Source of the DNA: Diplonema japonicum | Lineage: Eukaryota; Protista; Euglenozoa: Diplonemea | NCBI GenBank assembly: GCA_964019335.1 | Contig: OZ025648.1 | Coordinates: 186,001 to 250,000 of the forward strand | Direction: 5' to 3' | DNA: 64,000 nucleotides | Part shown: piece by piece, positions 12,566 to 25,705 of the stretch | Numbering within the stretch: position 1 is the first letter of the stretch | Layout: every line of letters starts with the position of its first letter | Program-made: the position numbers and the translations under genes | The notes under the pieces: model-generated | Told to the model about the DNA's origin: nothing | The model's input: the letters and a program-made list of their open reading frames with translations, nothing else | The model's database searches: none

Positions 12566-13258
12566 TTAGGGTCTGTGGACAGGTGTGTTGTTTGTTTAAT
12601 TTACTTCACGATGTGGAAAAAAATAGAAAACTAGAAAAAGAAAAGAGTGGAATACTGAGACAGCGTTTTGTTTAGAGGTGTCCTCGTTTCTTCCCTCCTC
12701 CCGAACAAAAAAGATCTTTTTAAAAAAACCCAGTTTGCAAAGTATGTGAAGGAGTTAGAATGATTCAGTCATCGCAAAATATACTCAACCCCTGCCACAG
12801 TCGCCACAAGCTCGGTCTTCCTCTCCATCATTTTGCCTCGATGGGCTCTTCCTCCTTCTGCCATTGATTCGCCACTGCATGCCTCGCATAGAGTATTAAA
12901 ACAGCAGCGTAGCGCAGGGAAGGGCAAGCTTCATTTTTGTTTTTCTTCTGTTCTTTTTTTATGTCTGCCGGGGCCGGTCTCCCTTCGCAAAAAATGACTC
13001 AAAAAAAAAAAATGTCAAAAAAAAAAAAGAAGAACTTGAAAGCACCCCTGGTGTTACTGTATGCCATTTGTTGTGTACTACAAGAGGAAAATAAGAGAAA
13101 AAAAATGAGAAAATCAATGAGACAACCAGCAAGAGAAAAAAAGAAAAAAAAAAAAAAGAAGGTAGTACACTTCAAACAACAAACTTTTATTCGTTCTATT
13201 CTTTCTTACGGAATCTTATAAACGAGAGAAAAAAAGGAAGAAAAAAAAAAAGAAAAAC

Positions 13259-16200
13259 TCAGTCGCTGTCCCCGGTTCGGAAATCGTTCCAAGTGTTAAC
13301 AGTGGTCCCGTTAAGGAGGTTGCCATGGATGCCCTGTTTATTTTCTCTCTTTTTTTCCCCCCCTCGTCTCCCTCATACCTCCCACTCTGTTTGAAGCCGT
13401 TGTAGCACCACAGGTGTTTGCGCCACGGTTCCGTCCAGCGATGCAGGGGCTATCGTTTGCCCCCAGTCGTCCATGAGAGCTCTTTTATTGATTCCCACAA
13501 GCAAATCCTGAAGAAGGGAAGTCACACTAGACAGCGAAGGTTCCTTAACCTGGCAGCTGTCAATGACCTCAATTGGTATAAGGTAATGCATGCAGGTGGG
13601 TGTCGTCGGGGACAGCCGGCTCTGCAGCTGCTCTATCATCTGTGCTTCCCACTGCACAGAGCAAATCTTCAACTGCGCCTCGTACTGGATACCAATGACA
13701 GCAATGAGAATGTTCATCAACATGAAGTTAGCGGTCACCAGGCACGTCACAAACAACATGACTCCCACGACAGAGGTGTGGGCGGTGAAGCTCTCGACTT
13801 CGAAATCCCCGAACACCATTCTGAAGAAGGACAGCCCGGAGCCTGTCAGGCTGCTGAAGTCTTCAATGTTGTTCCCCAACGTGAAGTGAAGCCCCAGCGA
13901 CAGCGAGAAGCTGATGACCATAAAGAGCATCATGAAGGTCAGGATGTCTGCATGCACGGCAGTGCTGATAATAGCATTGACGGCTGGCCCAGCCACGGGG
14001 AGCATCGCAATGTACTTCAACAGCTTCCCCCACGCAATAACCACAAGCAAGCCTAGCACGTCACGTAGGTTACGTGTCCTTGCACACAGTTCTGCAAACG
14101 AAATGAACCTGCCGTCGCTGGGCTCTGTAGTGGCTGCCCACACCCCGCTCATGCCGTGCACGCACCACATGTCGTAGATAGCCATCGCCAGCATCGCAAT
14201 GACCAGAAAGTCCGCTGCATTCCACGCTCGCAAGACGTGCTCGGTTCCTTTCCTCACCCACACCCCTGCCTGTTGTATCTTTGTTAGTTTCCCTCTCTGC
14301 AGCAAGTCCCCCATTTCCTCCCTCCACTTCGGCACGCTCACCCGTACGTCGTTCACCTCGTCGATCAGCAGCACAACCACGCTGCATAGCAAGCCTAGTA
14401 CAAGAACATTCTTCTCAGAGGACCACTGCTCGATCGATACCAGTTGCAGTGTGTACAGGAGTTCGCCACTTGCTGAGATTTCGAACAACAAGTTGCAGGT
14501 GATGAAACGTCCGGTGTTCTTTTTAAAGAACGTCAGGTCGGTGAAGACCGCGCGCGTCGCATCGCTGATCCACCCCATGTCGCGGAGGGAACTGATGCTG
14601 GCCCTGGCTTTTTCCGAGTCGTGGCTGGGCAGCAGGGTGCTGTACCCTCCCTGCCCGTAGCTCTTCGTTAGCTGTGGGTCCAGCGTTGCGGGTTCTCCGT
14701 GGGGCTCCCAGTCCCATCGCATATTTCCTAGATCAAATGCCTCTCGGTCCTCGTCCCTTAATCGGAACGGGCCGTAACACATCTCGGTGCCGCAGGGCTT
14801 TTCCTTCACACGTACCTGCCGCAGCCGTATCCCACCCACAACGTCCAGCCCTTCGCTTAGTATGGCCTCGTCGATGACACTCATGAGGACCAGGTCGCAC
14901 CACTCCCACAGTTCGGGTATGGTGCTGAGGTGCTTGATATCCGGCAGCGACGACTCCTTCACGTCGTTCAGGGACTCGATGCCCTCCATCCTGTCCCGCA
15001 GGGACTTCGTCGAGAGGAAGTCATGTGCCGCAAAGTGCGTCGAGAAGGTGGACGCTGACAGCGTGACGACTGCCAAGAAAACTAGATACATCAAGAAGCC
15101 AGGAAGACAGGTTTGGACAGCGACCGACCGAAGGGGCTTATGAGCACTTTGGGAGAGAAGCTGGAGCTGATCGTTCACAGCTTTGCGTGCCTTTGAGCAC
15201 CTGCGGTGATTGCTGCGCTCGATCACAGGTAGCTGGAGAATCTTGTCTTCTGGGATGGGCATATCCCCTTTCTGCACACAGTCGTCGTAGTCCATTAGAA
15301 GCCGTATAGCAGAGCTCAACGCCTTGCTGTCCACGCTGGCGCCGGTGTTTATCAACTCGGAGGAGCACTTAATGTGGCACCTGCTTGCAGCCGCCTCCAA
15401 GGCACTCATCCCATTGTCGTCTTCGTAGTTGACGACGACCTGTGCTTTTGCCTCGTTGCGATTCTTCATGTCTTCCAGCATCATTTCCAAGCAGCATGTG
15501 GCGTTCGCTATGCATGCAAGGTGCACAGGGGTCCGTCCTAAACAGTCCCTGCTCTCCACGTCCTGGTGGGCCTCATCAAGTAGCACGGCGACCTTCCCGG
15601 GTTTGTTGAGAAACGAGGCAAAATGCAGAGGCGTCCACCCGTCTTCCACCTTCACCTCTCGCCCTAGACTATCCTTTGTGATGATCAGTGTGCACAGCTC
15701 GCGGCTTGGGTCCTCGTCGCAGGCCAGGTGCTGCGCTCGCACTGCGTCCATGAGCCACGTCATTCCGTCGCAGTTCTTGTTGATGCCTGTGCGAGAAACA
15801 TTGACATGCACCAGTGACGACTGGGACCGCATGAGCAAGGATAGGTACTGTATGGCCTGTGTGGGCAGTTCTGTTCCTTGAAACTCCAACTTCCTCAAGT
15901 TCGTGCATGAAGCCAGTTCTGATAAGATCATTTCCCAAGACTGTGTGATGCCTTTACACCGTGCGAAGCACACGGACGTCAGGCTCCTGATGCCTCCCAG
16001 CTCTCTAGCAAGATGCCTCGCCCCGTCGTCATCGAACTGCGTTCCTTCAAATGACAGTTCTCTCAGATGCTTCATCGAGGCCACTTTGCCCGCAAAAACC
16101 TCGGCGACATTGGACAACACCTTCCCGTCGATGAAGCTGAAGTGGGTGATGCCGCTCTGCGAGATTTCTTCTTTTAAGAGGAGCAAATCGGCATTAGTGA

Positions 16201-17428
16201 GGTCGGCCTTGGAGATGGTAAGGGACGTGAGGCGGTTGCACCGCATGGCGTCCATCACACCGCACTCAAGGGCGTAGGTGAATTGATCGCCGATTTCTAA
16301 CACCATCGATGTAGAGCTGGCTGCATTGGAGATGGCGTGCTCGATGCCCTCCCGCAGTGCTGCCTGCGCGGGACGTGGCGTGAGGGCCGACAGTGAAATC
16401 CTCCTTATCACATCGATGGACTGCGAGTGCCTTCGCAAAAACCCCAGGTTCCCAATCTCGTAGTTAGGTGTTTCTGGCACGCAAGGGTGTCCCTCGTGCT
16501 CGTTGCGCGCCATGAACGAGTCCGGGTCACCATCTGACTCGATAAGCTCCTTTTCGTTTTCCAAGTTCTCGTCCAGGCAGCTCTTTTGAACGTCGAGCCT
16601 GAGCTCTTGCACCTGCATCTCGCACATCAACATAGTCCTGTAATGTCTCTCCTCTGCGTGGACGTCACTCCGCTCGTTTTCTTCTTGCGCTTTGCAGCCT
16701 TGTTTTTTGTAGACACCGATACTGTCCATCAGGGTCGCCTTCTCCCCTTCTAAGGTTGTCTTCTCACCTTCAAGGGTCGCCTTCTTGCTTTCAAGAGTCG
16801 CCTTCTCGCCTTTAAGGGTTGCCTTCTCGTCCTCGCCTTTTGTGAGTTCTGTCCTGGCGTCTTGGAGCTCTCGTTTCACGGTTTCGATTTCACGTTCGAC
16901 TTCGTGTTGCTTTTCTTGGCTTCGTTCGCAATTTTGTTGGAGTTCGGTGATCTTTCTGGTGGACTCGTCCAGCTGCTGTTGTAACGTATCTTCACGGATG
17001 ACCATGTCCTGCTGGAGACGTCGTGTCGAGATCCCTGACTGTTGGATAAGCTGCTGAACACGCATGTCGCACAGGAGTGTGGCACGGTGGTGACGTTCTT
17101 CGATTTCTACCGTTTCGCGTTTTGAAGTCTCTATGTGTGTCTCAGTCAGCTGCACCTCCATTGCTAACCGTGGAGCTTGCGGTCTCGGCTTCTTCAAGAC
17201 AGCAAAGGCAGAAGCCTCTGAACTGATGGGCACCACGCTTCTTCGGTACGGTGAAGCTGGTGATGAAGGAGACGCTCTTGTCTTCACTGATCTCGGCTTC
17301 TCCGTCCTCACTGGTGACGACGGGGACTTCACGCCTAGACCCTTTTTCAGCCCCACACCAGCCGTCTTTTCTATTTTCTTTCTTCCATTGCTTGTACCAG
17401 GCACAGCGGGCTTCCTTTCGCCTGCCAT
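13259..17428 (-). CDS. polycystin-2/TRPP-like channel with N-terminal coiled coil, RNI-like LRRs and ankyrin repeats (intron 13334-13378)
   Basis: GGIRLRQVRV, YGQGGY, WISDATRAVF, six TM segments, FRMVFGDF pore, NILIAVI; ankyrin GWTPLH and GRTPVH; LRRs. Last exon 13259-13333. Confidence 0.85.
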
Positions 17429-18021
17429 CGTGTCGAGGCTGTCACATGTGTGGGACTGCTGTTGATTGACTTTGTTGAATCAAAAAAGAAACAAGAAAAG
17501 GGGAAAGGGGTTATTAGAGAGAATGAGTAAAGGCCGAATAGGGGAAGCCGGAGGATATCTTAGGTATTACTTTAGGAAATGACGGAGATATAAAAAAGGG
17601 TGGGGGGGGGGGGGGGGAAGAAGTGTTGGTCAACTGGGGAAAAGTTGAGGAAAGGAAGGATTTTGGTTTTACCTCGTTGCTTTTCTTTTTCTTCTTCTTT
17701 TCCCCTCTCCCCCCTTTCCTTTTCTTTTTCTCCCTCCCCATATGCATGGTATCGAATGTAACAAACAAAAGAAAACATAAGAGAAGCCTGGTGTTAATGC
17801 CAAGCTTGACCCTTTCTCCCCCCCCCCCCCCCCCCTCCTCCCCTCTCTCCTCTATTCTTCCTCCTTTTCTTCTCCCACGCACTCCCTACCCCATTCTTTT
17901 GAAAAAAAAACTTTCTTGCTTCGTTCAGGATATTAAATCGGAGAAGGTTCTTTTAGGGAAAGCCACGGGAAAAAAGAAACTAAAAAAAAAAAAAGGGAAC
18001 CCCACACTTTTCTTTTTATTA

Positions 18022-19413
18022 TTATTCGCTTTTGATAAGCCAGTCCTTCCTCGGTATGCTGCCGATGTAATGGATTTGCTGTTTGCCAAACACCATGTAC
18101 CAGATCAGACCGAGCATGGACGAGCAGGCTACTAGAGTGTAGAAGCCGTCAGTCCCGTTGATGGTAAGGGAGTCGCAGACCTTGAGGGAGAAGGTGATGA
18201 CCCACAGGGTCCCGAGGTTTGCTGCCGTGTTGAGCACTGTCATGTACGAACCGCCAAGGCTCGAGTCGGATATTCTCGCGAAGAAGCACATTTGCGATGT
18301 GAACATGATGGTCATGAGAACGTTTTCACAAATCGCCACCAAGACCACGCTGGTGTAGAACAGCGCAGGGGAGGTAGCGGCTGCACCAGTTGACGACCAC
18401 AGCACAACGGCCAGTGTCGGAATGCCGAGAAGAACCCTCGGGGTGTAAACATGGCTTGCTGCATCAAACGGCCGCTTCCCCGTTGTCCATTTCGCACACA
18501 AGATTGGTGTGGCAATGTTGACCGGAACGATGCACGTGCTGAGCAGCGCAAGCGTTTCCTTCGGTACGTTGTTCTCCTGCAGTTTCAGCGACGCAACGCT
18601 CGCCACGCCGAAAGGGATCTTCCACACCATGAGGACCTTCAACAGTTCCCACAGCAACGGGCTACGTATGATGCTGTACAAACCTTTGTAGGAGTCGGCT
18701 ATCGACTCTGTCTCGCCACGCGAAGTTTCGGACTTGAAAATCATGATGAGCACCGTCACGGCAAAGAACCCAAGCCCGCTGATCACGCAGAACTGAGACA
18801 GCGTCACCAAACCATAGCTATTGAGAGACAGGTAACCTGTTAAACTGATGAAGAATCCCAGCGTTTGTCCGACACTGTTGCACACCGACCCGTAGCTGAC
18901 GTTCTTGTCAGAAAGCATGGTGAGCGCCCAGCCGTCGACCGCGATGTCTTGTGTGGCGCATAAGAAGTACAGAAACACGAAAGTCAGTGTCAGAGAAGAA
19001 ACATCTAGCTCCTCGACCCACTGCCCGATAGGTGCAAAGATTAGTACCAACGCAATGAGAATCTGACACGGGACAAGCCAGGTCTTACGCCGTCCGATGG
19101 ATTTCACATAGATCGCATCCACAATGGGTGCCCACAGAAGTTTTATTGAGTAGGGTATGCTGGTCGCGGTGAAGGTGCCGATGTCGCTGAGGGGCACGCC
19201 CCTGTCCTTTAAGATCATTGGTATCGCGCCGGCCAACCCCATCGGTATGCCTTGCAGAACGTACAACACCATCAATATCGCCAACCCGTTAAAGTCCTCC
19301 TTAATGTCCCTCCACATGTCCCCACCTTTCTCTTCCCCCGCCGGCATCGGCGGCGAAGCTGCTTCTTCGTCTATTAACGTTTTTGCTTTTTTAGATGGCC
19401 TTTCCGTAGCCAT
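18022..19413 (-). CDS. acetyl-CoA transporter (SLC33A1/AT-1, MFS)
   Basis: LYVLQGIPMGL, PYSIKLLWAPIVD, GRRKTWLVP, ATQDIAVDGWALTML, GGSYMTVLNTAANLG. Confidence 0.92.
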   Translation of the reverse strand: MATERPSKKAKTLIDEEAASPPMPAGEEKGGDMWRDIKEDFNGLAILMVLYVLQGIPMGLAGAIPMILKDRGVPLSDIGTFTATSIPYSIKLLWAPIVDAIYVKSIGRRKTWLVPCQILIALVLIFAPIGQWVEELDVSSLTLTFVFLYFLCATQDIAVDGWALTMLSDKNVSYGSVCNSVGQTLGFFISLTGYLSLNSYGLVTLSQFCVISGLGFFAVTVLIMIFKSETSRGETESIADSYKGLYSIIRSPLLWELLKVLMVWKIPFGVASVASLKLQENNVPKETLALLSTCIVPVNIATPILCAKWTTGKRPFDAASHVYTPRVLLGIPTLAVVLWSSTGAAATSPALFYTSVVLVAICENVLMTIMFTSQMCFFARISDSSLGGSYMTVLNTAANLGTLWVITFSLKVCDSLTINGTDGFYTLVACSSMLGLIWYMVFGKQQIHYIGSIPRKDWLIKSE

Positions 19414-19674
19414 AATAAGGTGGGCGTTGTGGGAAGGGGGGGGGGGGGGGTCCTTTTGTGTGTGACAACGGGGGGGAGGATGAAATAAACTTACTCCTTC
19501 TTTGTTTTTTTTTTTTTGTTTTTTTTTTTTTTTGGTTGAACTATTGCAAACGCCAACCCTTTTCGTGGGCAGCAAGTTGTTGAATGTCGCGAGAAAAAAG
19601 AAAACCCCCCTCCAAGCACCAAAAAAAAACCATAAAATCGAAACCAACAGCGGAAAGACCGTCCCTGGAAAGGG

Positions 19675-22425
19675 TCACGAGCACAACGAGGCTGTTTGAA
19701 GGTTTCTACAGGGTATCTTTGCAACAGGACAGTTGATAAGCGGGTTGAGATTGTCGGCGAAAGAAGTCGTGATCAAGAGGGAAGCTGGGGGGAGGGGGGC
19801 AGGGCGGGGCGTAGGGATTTCCTTTTTAGGCTTCCAAAGAGAGTGAGTGACCTGCGGGAGGTGGAACGACGCAATGGAGGAAATCCCGTTACGGAGGGAC
19901 CAAGCATCATCGGTTGGGGGGCGGCGTGGGGGCAGGGCGACAGGGGTCTTGACGACAACAGCCTTCTTCTCTCTTCGCGCACCGTGTGATGTGATCACGA
20001 CAGCAGGAGTTCGATCCGTGTTAATGATATGCCTTGCGAGCTGCACACCTGTCATCATCTCATTCGCCTTATACAGCGCCAACGTGCACTCGACGTCAGC
20101 TATGACCTTGTTCTCTTCAGATATTGTGATGTCCTTTGAATTCATGTCAAAAGCACGGCCCATCTCCTTCGCAGTCTTTGACAACGTTTTCCGCAACGTG
20201 CCGAGCTTCTCTCTTTTAGTCTCTAAATGCTGCTTCTGTCTGCTCAGGAACGCTTTGACCTCTGGCGATACCTTCGTCTCCTTCAGCTTCTTCGTCATCC
20301 TGTCCAGCCTCAGCTTGTCAGAAATGGTAATAGACATCAGTTTTCGCTTCAAATTCGCAAGCGCCATCTGTGTATGCAAGAACCTCGAGAAACACACAAG
20401 GCCTTCATTGACCACCCTGCTTACCTGCAACGAGTACGGCAGGCCTTCTTTCTTGTTCACGAGAAAGTTCTCCATGTTCAGCTTGCGCAGGTTGTAGCGT
20501 CTTCTAAACAGTGCCCCGAACTTCAAAAGGTTCGCGTGTAAGTCCTTCGCCTGTCTGTGTGTTTCCTTCTCGAAGATGTCCTTTGAGCCAGAAACGTCCT
20601 GCTGCTTTGGAACAGCCCGGGCAAGCTGTGCCATCAGCTTGGTGACCTGTCCGTTCATGTGGTTCTGCAAAGCCATCTTTTCATGCACGAGCATCTCTTT
20701 CTCCAGTTTTTGCTTGGCCCGCAACTCGTTCAGCTGTTCCTCATATTTGAGCCTGTCGCCGTTTAACACAATATCAAAATCCTTGCGCATGGCCCCCTGC
20801 ACCAACAGCTTAGTCTCCTCCCTCGCCCTTGCTACCGCACCCTCATCGATAACTGGAGCTTTCATCCTGTAGCCGTATTTCTCTAATCGGTAGTAGTACT
20901 TCGCCATGAGGGGGGCGACTCTTATGGGAGCAAGAGACACTACGTACCGTTCCATCAGCAGTTTCTCAGATACCGCTAGCCGTGTCTCAAAGTGCACCTC
21001 CTTCATCTTCAGGATGTTCTGCAGGTTGTAATAGTTTGTTTCTGACTCGAGGATCTTTTCGCTAAGCCGCAAGTTGTCAATCTTAAGGCGTTCAAACTGT
21101 TCCTTCCAGTAAGTGGCACGCTCTTCCAGCTCTTCCAGTTCTTCCACCTTGCCCTCGGGTACAGTGTGCATTGGGGCTTCGTCAATGGTGCGCTGGGCCT
21201 CCTTCAGCTGTCCTTCGCATTCTTCCAGCTGCTCTAGCAAGTCGAGCTTTTCTTCAAGAAAATCTGCCTTCAGCTTCTCCTCAAGATGCGCTAGTTCTTC
21301 TTCTAAAAGCTTCGGGTCGAGTTCCGAAGGAGAAGGATCTGGCCCCTTTGCTCCCAGCCTCTCGTTCTCCGCCTTCAGCTCTGTGATGGTTTCTTCTGCT
21401 TCTTCCATGCATTTCTTTAATCTTTGTATCTCGCTTTTGTACTTTGCTGTCTCTGTGGCACGCATCATGAAGTCCTGTTGATGTGCTACTTCGTCCTCTA
21501 GAGACGCGTCCACCTTGGCCTTTAGTTGTGTGATGATAAGCTGTGCCACGTCTCTGTCTTTCGCCATGTTGGCGACGGCGTCCTTTTGCTGTTTGATCTG
21601 CTTGTTCAAACCTTCGATTTCCTGCTCCCAGTTCCGTTCTGCGATCTCCTCGAACGCTTCCTTCCTGCCTATCTCCACTGCCACGTCGATCTCGCGCTTC
21701 ATGTTGATGACGATGTCCTCCACTTCTTCTTCGCGTATTTCAATCTTCTCTTTCCATTGCCGTGCCTCTTCTTCAACCTGCCATTCAGCGCCTTTGATGA
21801 GCATGTGTTTCTGTTTGCTCCAGTTAGCTTTCGTCTGTGCAAACTCAGCGTAGGCAGCGGCGATTTTTTCATCGGCTTCGGACACGCTGAAACGGAGTTC
21901 TTGGTTCGCCAGTTCGAGGTTGCGAATGCGTTCTTTGTGGTCTTCCTTGATGGACTGGCCTTCAGAGATACGCTTGGCGAGCTTTGTGGCCGTGAAGAGG
22001 GAGTTGTTAATACCATGATTCAGATGCAGCATTTTGTGAAACCGGAAAATCTTGACTTGTTTCGACGGGTCAAAGAAGGGGTTGATGAGGTCCTGGTCCG
22101 TGTTGAGCTGGTTGCGAATCTCTTGGAGCAGCAGCAGCAGATCGCCGACGGGGTCGGCGAGCATGTCGTCCGTGTCCTCCATCGCATCGTCAAACGAAGT
22201 CGCCGTTGAGCTCGACTCAAGATTGCGCTTCGAGTCTTGCTGCAAGTTCTGCGCGACATTGTTCTTGACGACTCTGTTCAGCCCACCCATGTTCTCAAGC
22301 CGTTCCATCATAGAACCCCTTTCATCGCCAATACTGTCAATGCTCAACGTCGAGCTGAGCCGCCGCCTTTCGCCTGTGCTTGTCCTCCGGTAATCCCCCT
22401 CTGATACACGCCGAAAGCTTGTCAT
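19675..22425 (-). CDS. long coiled-coil protein, function unknown
   Basis: ~916-aa E/K/L-rich ORF; start placed after the CAG acceptor. Confidence 0.75.
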   Translation of the reverse strand: MTSFRRVSEGDYRRTSTGERRRLSSTLSIDSIGDERGSMMERLENMGGLNRVVKNNVAQNLQQDSKRNLESSSTATSFDDAMEDTDDMLADPVGDLLLLLQEIRNQLNTDQDLINPFFDPSKQVKIFRFHKMLHLNHGINNSLFTATKLAKRISEGQSIKEDHKERIRNLELANQELRFSVSEADEKIAAAYAEFAQTKANWSKQKHMLIKGAEWQVEEEARQWKEKIEIREEEVEDIVINMKREIDVAVEIGRKEAFEEIAERNWEQEIEGLNKQIKQQKDAVANMAKDRDVAQLIITQLKAKVDASLEDEVAHQQDFMMRATETAKYKSEIQRLKKCMEEAEETITELKAENERLGAKGPDPSPSELDPKLLEEELAHLEEKLKADFLEEKLDLLEQLEECEGQLKEAQRTIDEAPMHTVPEGKVEELEELEERATYWKEQFERLKIDNLRLSEKILESETNYYNLQNILKMKEVHFETRLAVSEKLLMERYVVSLAPIRVAPLMAKYYYRLEKYGYRMKAPVIDEGAVARAREETKLLVQGAMRKDFDIVLNGDRLKYEEQLNELRAKQKLEKEMLVHEKMALQNHMNGQVTKLMAQLARAVPKQQDVSGSKDIFEKETHRQAKDLHANLLKFGALFRRRYNLRKLNMENFLVNKKEGLPYSLQVSRVVNEGLVCFSRFLHTQMALANLKRKLMSITISDKLRLDRMTKKLKETKVSPEVKAFLSRQKQHLETKREKLGTLRKTLSKTAKEMGRAFDMNSKDITISEENKVIADVECTLALYKANEMMTGVQLARHIINTDRTPAVVITSHGARREKKAVVVKTPVALPPRRPPTDDAWSLRNGISSIASFHLPQVTHSLWKPKKEIPTPRPAPLPPASLLITTSFADNLNPLINCPVAKIPCRNLQTASLCS

Positions 22426-22554
22426 TTCCTGCACGTGATGGTACATGTGAGAAGTTCAAAAGAAGAAGAAAAAGACAATACAGGTTTTTTTTTTTTTTTT
22501 TTTTTTAGATAGGGGAGTTACAAAGTGGGAGTTTTTTTTTTTTCCTTCTTTTTT

Positions 22555-23299
22555 TCATTTCTTGGCAGGATGTAATTCTGCGTCGTCGTCGCCCTCATCT
22601 CTCTTTCTCTTTGAAAATGCTATGTCCCTGTCGCTGTTCTCGTCATCTTCGTCTTGCTCTTCATGTTCTTCATCCTCTTCATCTTCCTCGTCCGACTCAC
22701 ACACGGCACTCCCGTCACGGTTCTGTTGAAAAGGTTTATTGATGTCCCTTTTGAGACATACCGCGTTGTCGATTATTTGTACGGAGTCGACCATCTTGAA
22801 CAGATGTTCTCTGTACGGGGTTTCAGAGGTGGAGGTGAAGGGGTTGTCCTCCACTTCAAGGGTGGTTAGCTTCCGGCAGTTCTTTAGAGGTTCCAGTGCT
22901 TTGATGTCATAGAATTTGTTGTTCGTCAGGCCAAGCGTTGTAAGGCTCGGGTACCGCTCCGCGAAGTCCTCCGGGAGGTCGGCCAGTAAGTGGTCGGAGA
23001 TCACGAGCTCCTTCAAGTTCTGGAGGTGTGGGAAGTTTTTGAGGCTCTTCACCCTGACCGTTGTATGAGGCTGGTGCACAACCAGAACCTCCAATCCTGT
23101 AAACGGGGCGAGGAGGCTGTAGTCGGTCAGAGAATCATAAATCTAAATGGTGTAAAAAAAAAAATTTTTTTTTTAATATTTCCCTCCCCGTTCGTACCTG
23201 TAACTCCTTAACGTCTTCCGGCTTCTGGTCACCTTGCTGCTTCGCGATTGACAGCTTTACTCTTCTGTTCCAGTCAACGGACACTATCAAGTCCGACAT
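22555..23299 (-). CDS. ANP32-like LRR/acidic nuclear protein (introns 23143-23197 and 22723-22761)
   Basis: LRRs (LKELVISDH, LTTLGLTNNK), LRR cap YREHLF, acidic tail and KRKR. Both introns keep the frame. Confidence 0.85.
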
Positions 23300-24058
23300 T
23301 TTAAATCCTCGTTTCTTCTTCTTTTTTCTTTTTTTTAAAACAATAAAAGGGAGGAAGAGCAAAATTCAAAATAAACAAATCAAAATACAAAAAGTAGGGG
23401 GAGAAAAAAGGTTCTGGGGACTAAAAAAAAGAACTTTTAGCCTAATAAAGATTGGTTGAGAAAAAAAAAAGGAGATCCTTGCAAATACATTGGAGGGCGA
23501 GGGGGGGGGGGGGGGGGGGAGTGTTCTTTTTGCTCTCTCACTACTACAGCTCATTTATTTTTTGGATGACCAAGACGGGGGAGAAAGCTGAGGGGCTAAC
23601 TCAAGACGCAGAAAATACAAAGAGACAGAACAAAAAAAAGGCTGCGAACGTGCTTTAACGCGCTTGCCGCTTAATGGGGCCCCTCCGGCTAGAACATACT
23701 ATCTCGTATGCGTAAGTTCCTTTCTATTTTCCACCCCTCCCTCCTTGGAGGGGCTTAAGAGAAGAGTAAGAGAAAAGGTATAAAAAAAGGAAAAAAAAAG
23801 GAGAAAAGAGGCTTTTACTTACCCGTGCTTCGCATCAAAGGAGATCGCCTCGCAGAAAGGGGGGAAAGAAAAGCAATAAATAAAAATAATAAAAAAAAGA
23901 TACAATAAAAAGAATTCATTTTTTCTTCTTCTCCCCCCCCCCCCCCCCCGAGTTCCCGCCTATTTCCCCCTCAGGTGTACACAGGTTCGGTATACAGAGG
24001 GCAATCGATTCTTGAAATATAATAATTTCTTGTTTGTTTTTCTTTTTTTTTCTTCTCA

Positions 24059-25624
24059 TCATCTTCGCCGGCTTGACGGCGATACAGAGCGCCGTGCGCT
24101 ACTCATAACAGTGGTCTGTCCCGTGAATGGGAGGGGTACCTGTTCATCCCGTTTCCACTTTGAGTCCTTCCGAAGCTTGAAGGTGGTGTTGGTGAGCTGG
24201 CTGCTACCGACGGTCACCGCAATAGGCACCGCAGGGCCCCACCAGTCATGCAAGGACTGCACGATCTTCACAAGTTTGTCACGGGCCTCCTCGTTGCGGA
24301 GCTGCAGCAACATGTCATGCTGTACTGGTTTGCAGTTGTCTCTGACCCGCATTCCCAGCCTGTTATCGGGACCTAAGACGAGCTCCGTGAAGTCAAGAAT
24401 CTTCAGCGTCCTTGTCAGCTCGCCCGACCCCTTACACAAGTACACCGCGTTGTCCAACACCAGCAGCACCCGCTCATCGATCTTCCCGCTTCGGTTGACC
24501 TTCCCCAGCTCCTCTACGAAGTAGACCACCGCCTTCCCCTCCACGAGATCCTTGAATGCCGATGCGTACTTCGGCGGTATTTCTTGGTACGGTAAGTTAT
24601 TCCTCGGGTCGACAAAAGGATCAAGATGCTCCGGACTTGCTGGTGACAACGGGGGTGCAACGACAGCAGTCTTCGGGTCCAGAAAATACGGAGACCCCTT
24701 AGGCGACACCGGCAGCGGTTCGGGTGCAGGTTCGGGCACGGGCTGTGTGTCATGTTGCTGTGGTTGTTCTACATGCTGTGCGTCCACAGGTGACAGTGGC
24801 TGCGGTTCCTCTTCGACGGGCCTGAAGGTCAGCGCGACGTTCGACTTGGGCGATGGCGTCGTGGCCCTGATGTCATCGTTGTTGTGCACCTCTGCGTTGT
24901 TGATGTGTGTCAGCTTCTTTCCGAGGAATGACCCTGCTCCCTGCTTCTCAGCTGGCGAGCCCGGCCGTACGCTGGTCAGCACCATCTCGTCGAGCCCCAT
25001 GCCCAGTGCTTCGCCAGGCTGCTTAGCTATCATTATCGTAGCCTCGCCTGGTGCCTGTGTGGGCATCCGCATCTCCGGTTCAACAGCCTCTAAAGGAGGT
25101 GGCCGCCTCCGCCGTGCGCTGCTTATTATCTGCATCGAGGCCTCATAGTCCGCAGGGTGCGGGCTTGGATGGTGAGGGCTTGGATGGTGAGGGCTTGGAT
25201 GGTGCGGACTTGGATGCTGCGGGCTGGGGGTGTACCCGTTATTATTAAACACCGGTGCTGTGGGCGGAACTATATCCTCACGCGGCTTGGCCACCAACCC
25301 CGGAGGGGTCGACACAGCACTGTTGACGTCGGGTGTGATGTTGGGACGTGGCTTGGGTTTGATGTACCTGCCGCCAGGAGAGTACCCATGCTGCACGCTC
25401 CGCCTGCCTTGCCACAGGTGTGGGTGATGCATGGGTGTGTAGTGTTGTGGTTGAGATGAGAAGCTGCTGTTGGGCTGTGTGTTGGGGTTCTTGCTGTAAC
25501 TTTATGCGCATACCGAAGACAAAGATGAAAGAGGCGGAGATGCTATTCTGGGAGGCGACATCGACCTCCTGGGGTCTCTCCATTGTATGGGAGGAGGCGA
25601 GTATGAGACAGAGTGAAAAGCCAT
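24059..25624 (-). CDS. Pro-rich protein with PDZ and myosin-TH1/PH-like domains (intron 25475-25513)
   Basis: KQPGEALGM...VRPGSPAEK (PDZ); KVNRSGKIDERVLLVLDNAVY (TH1-like); HHPSP 15-nt repeats at 25156-25226. Confidence 0.7.
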
Positions 25625-25705
25625 GATCCCCCCTGTCCCTGCAGTGACCCGTTTATGCTGAACACAACGAGAGAAAAAGAAAGAAAGAGAAAAGCACAAA
25701 TCTAA

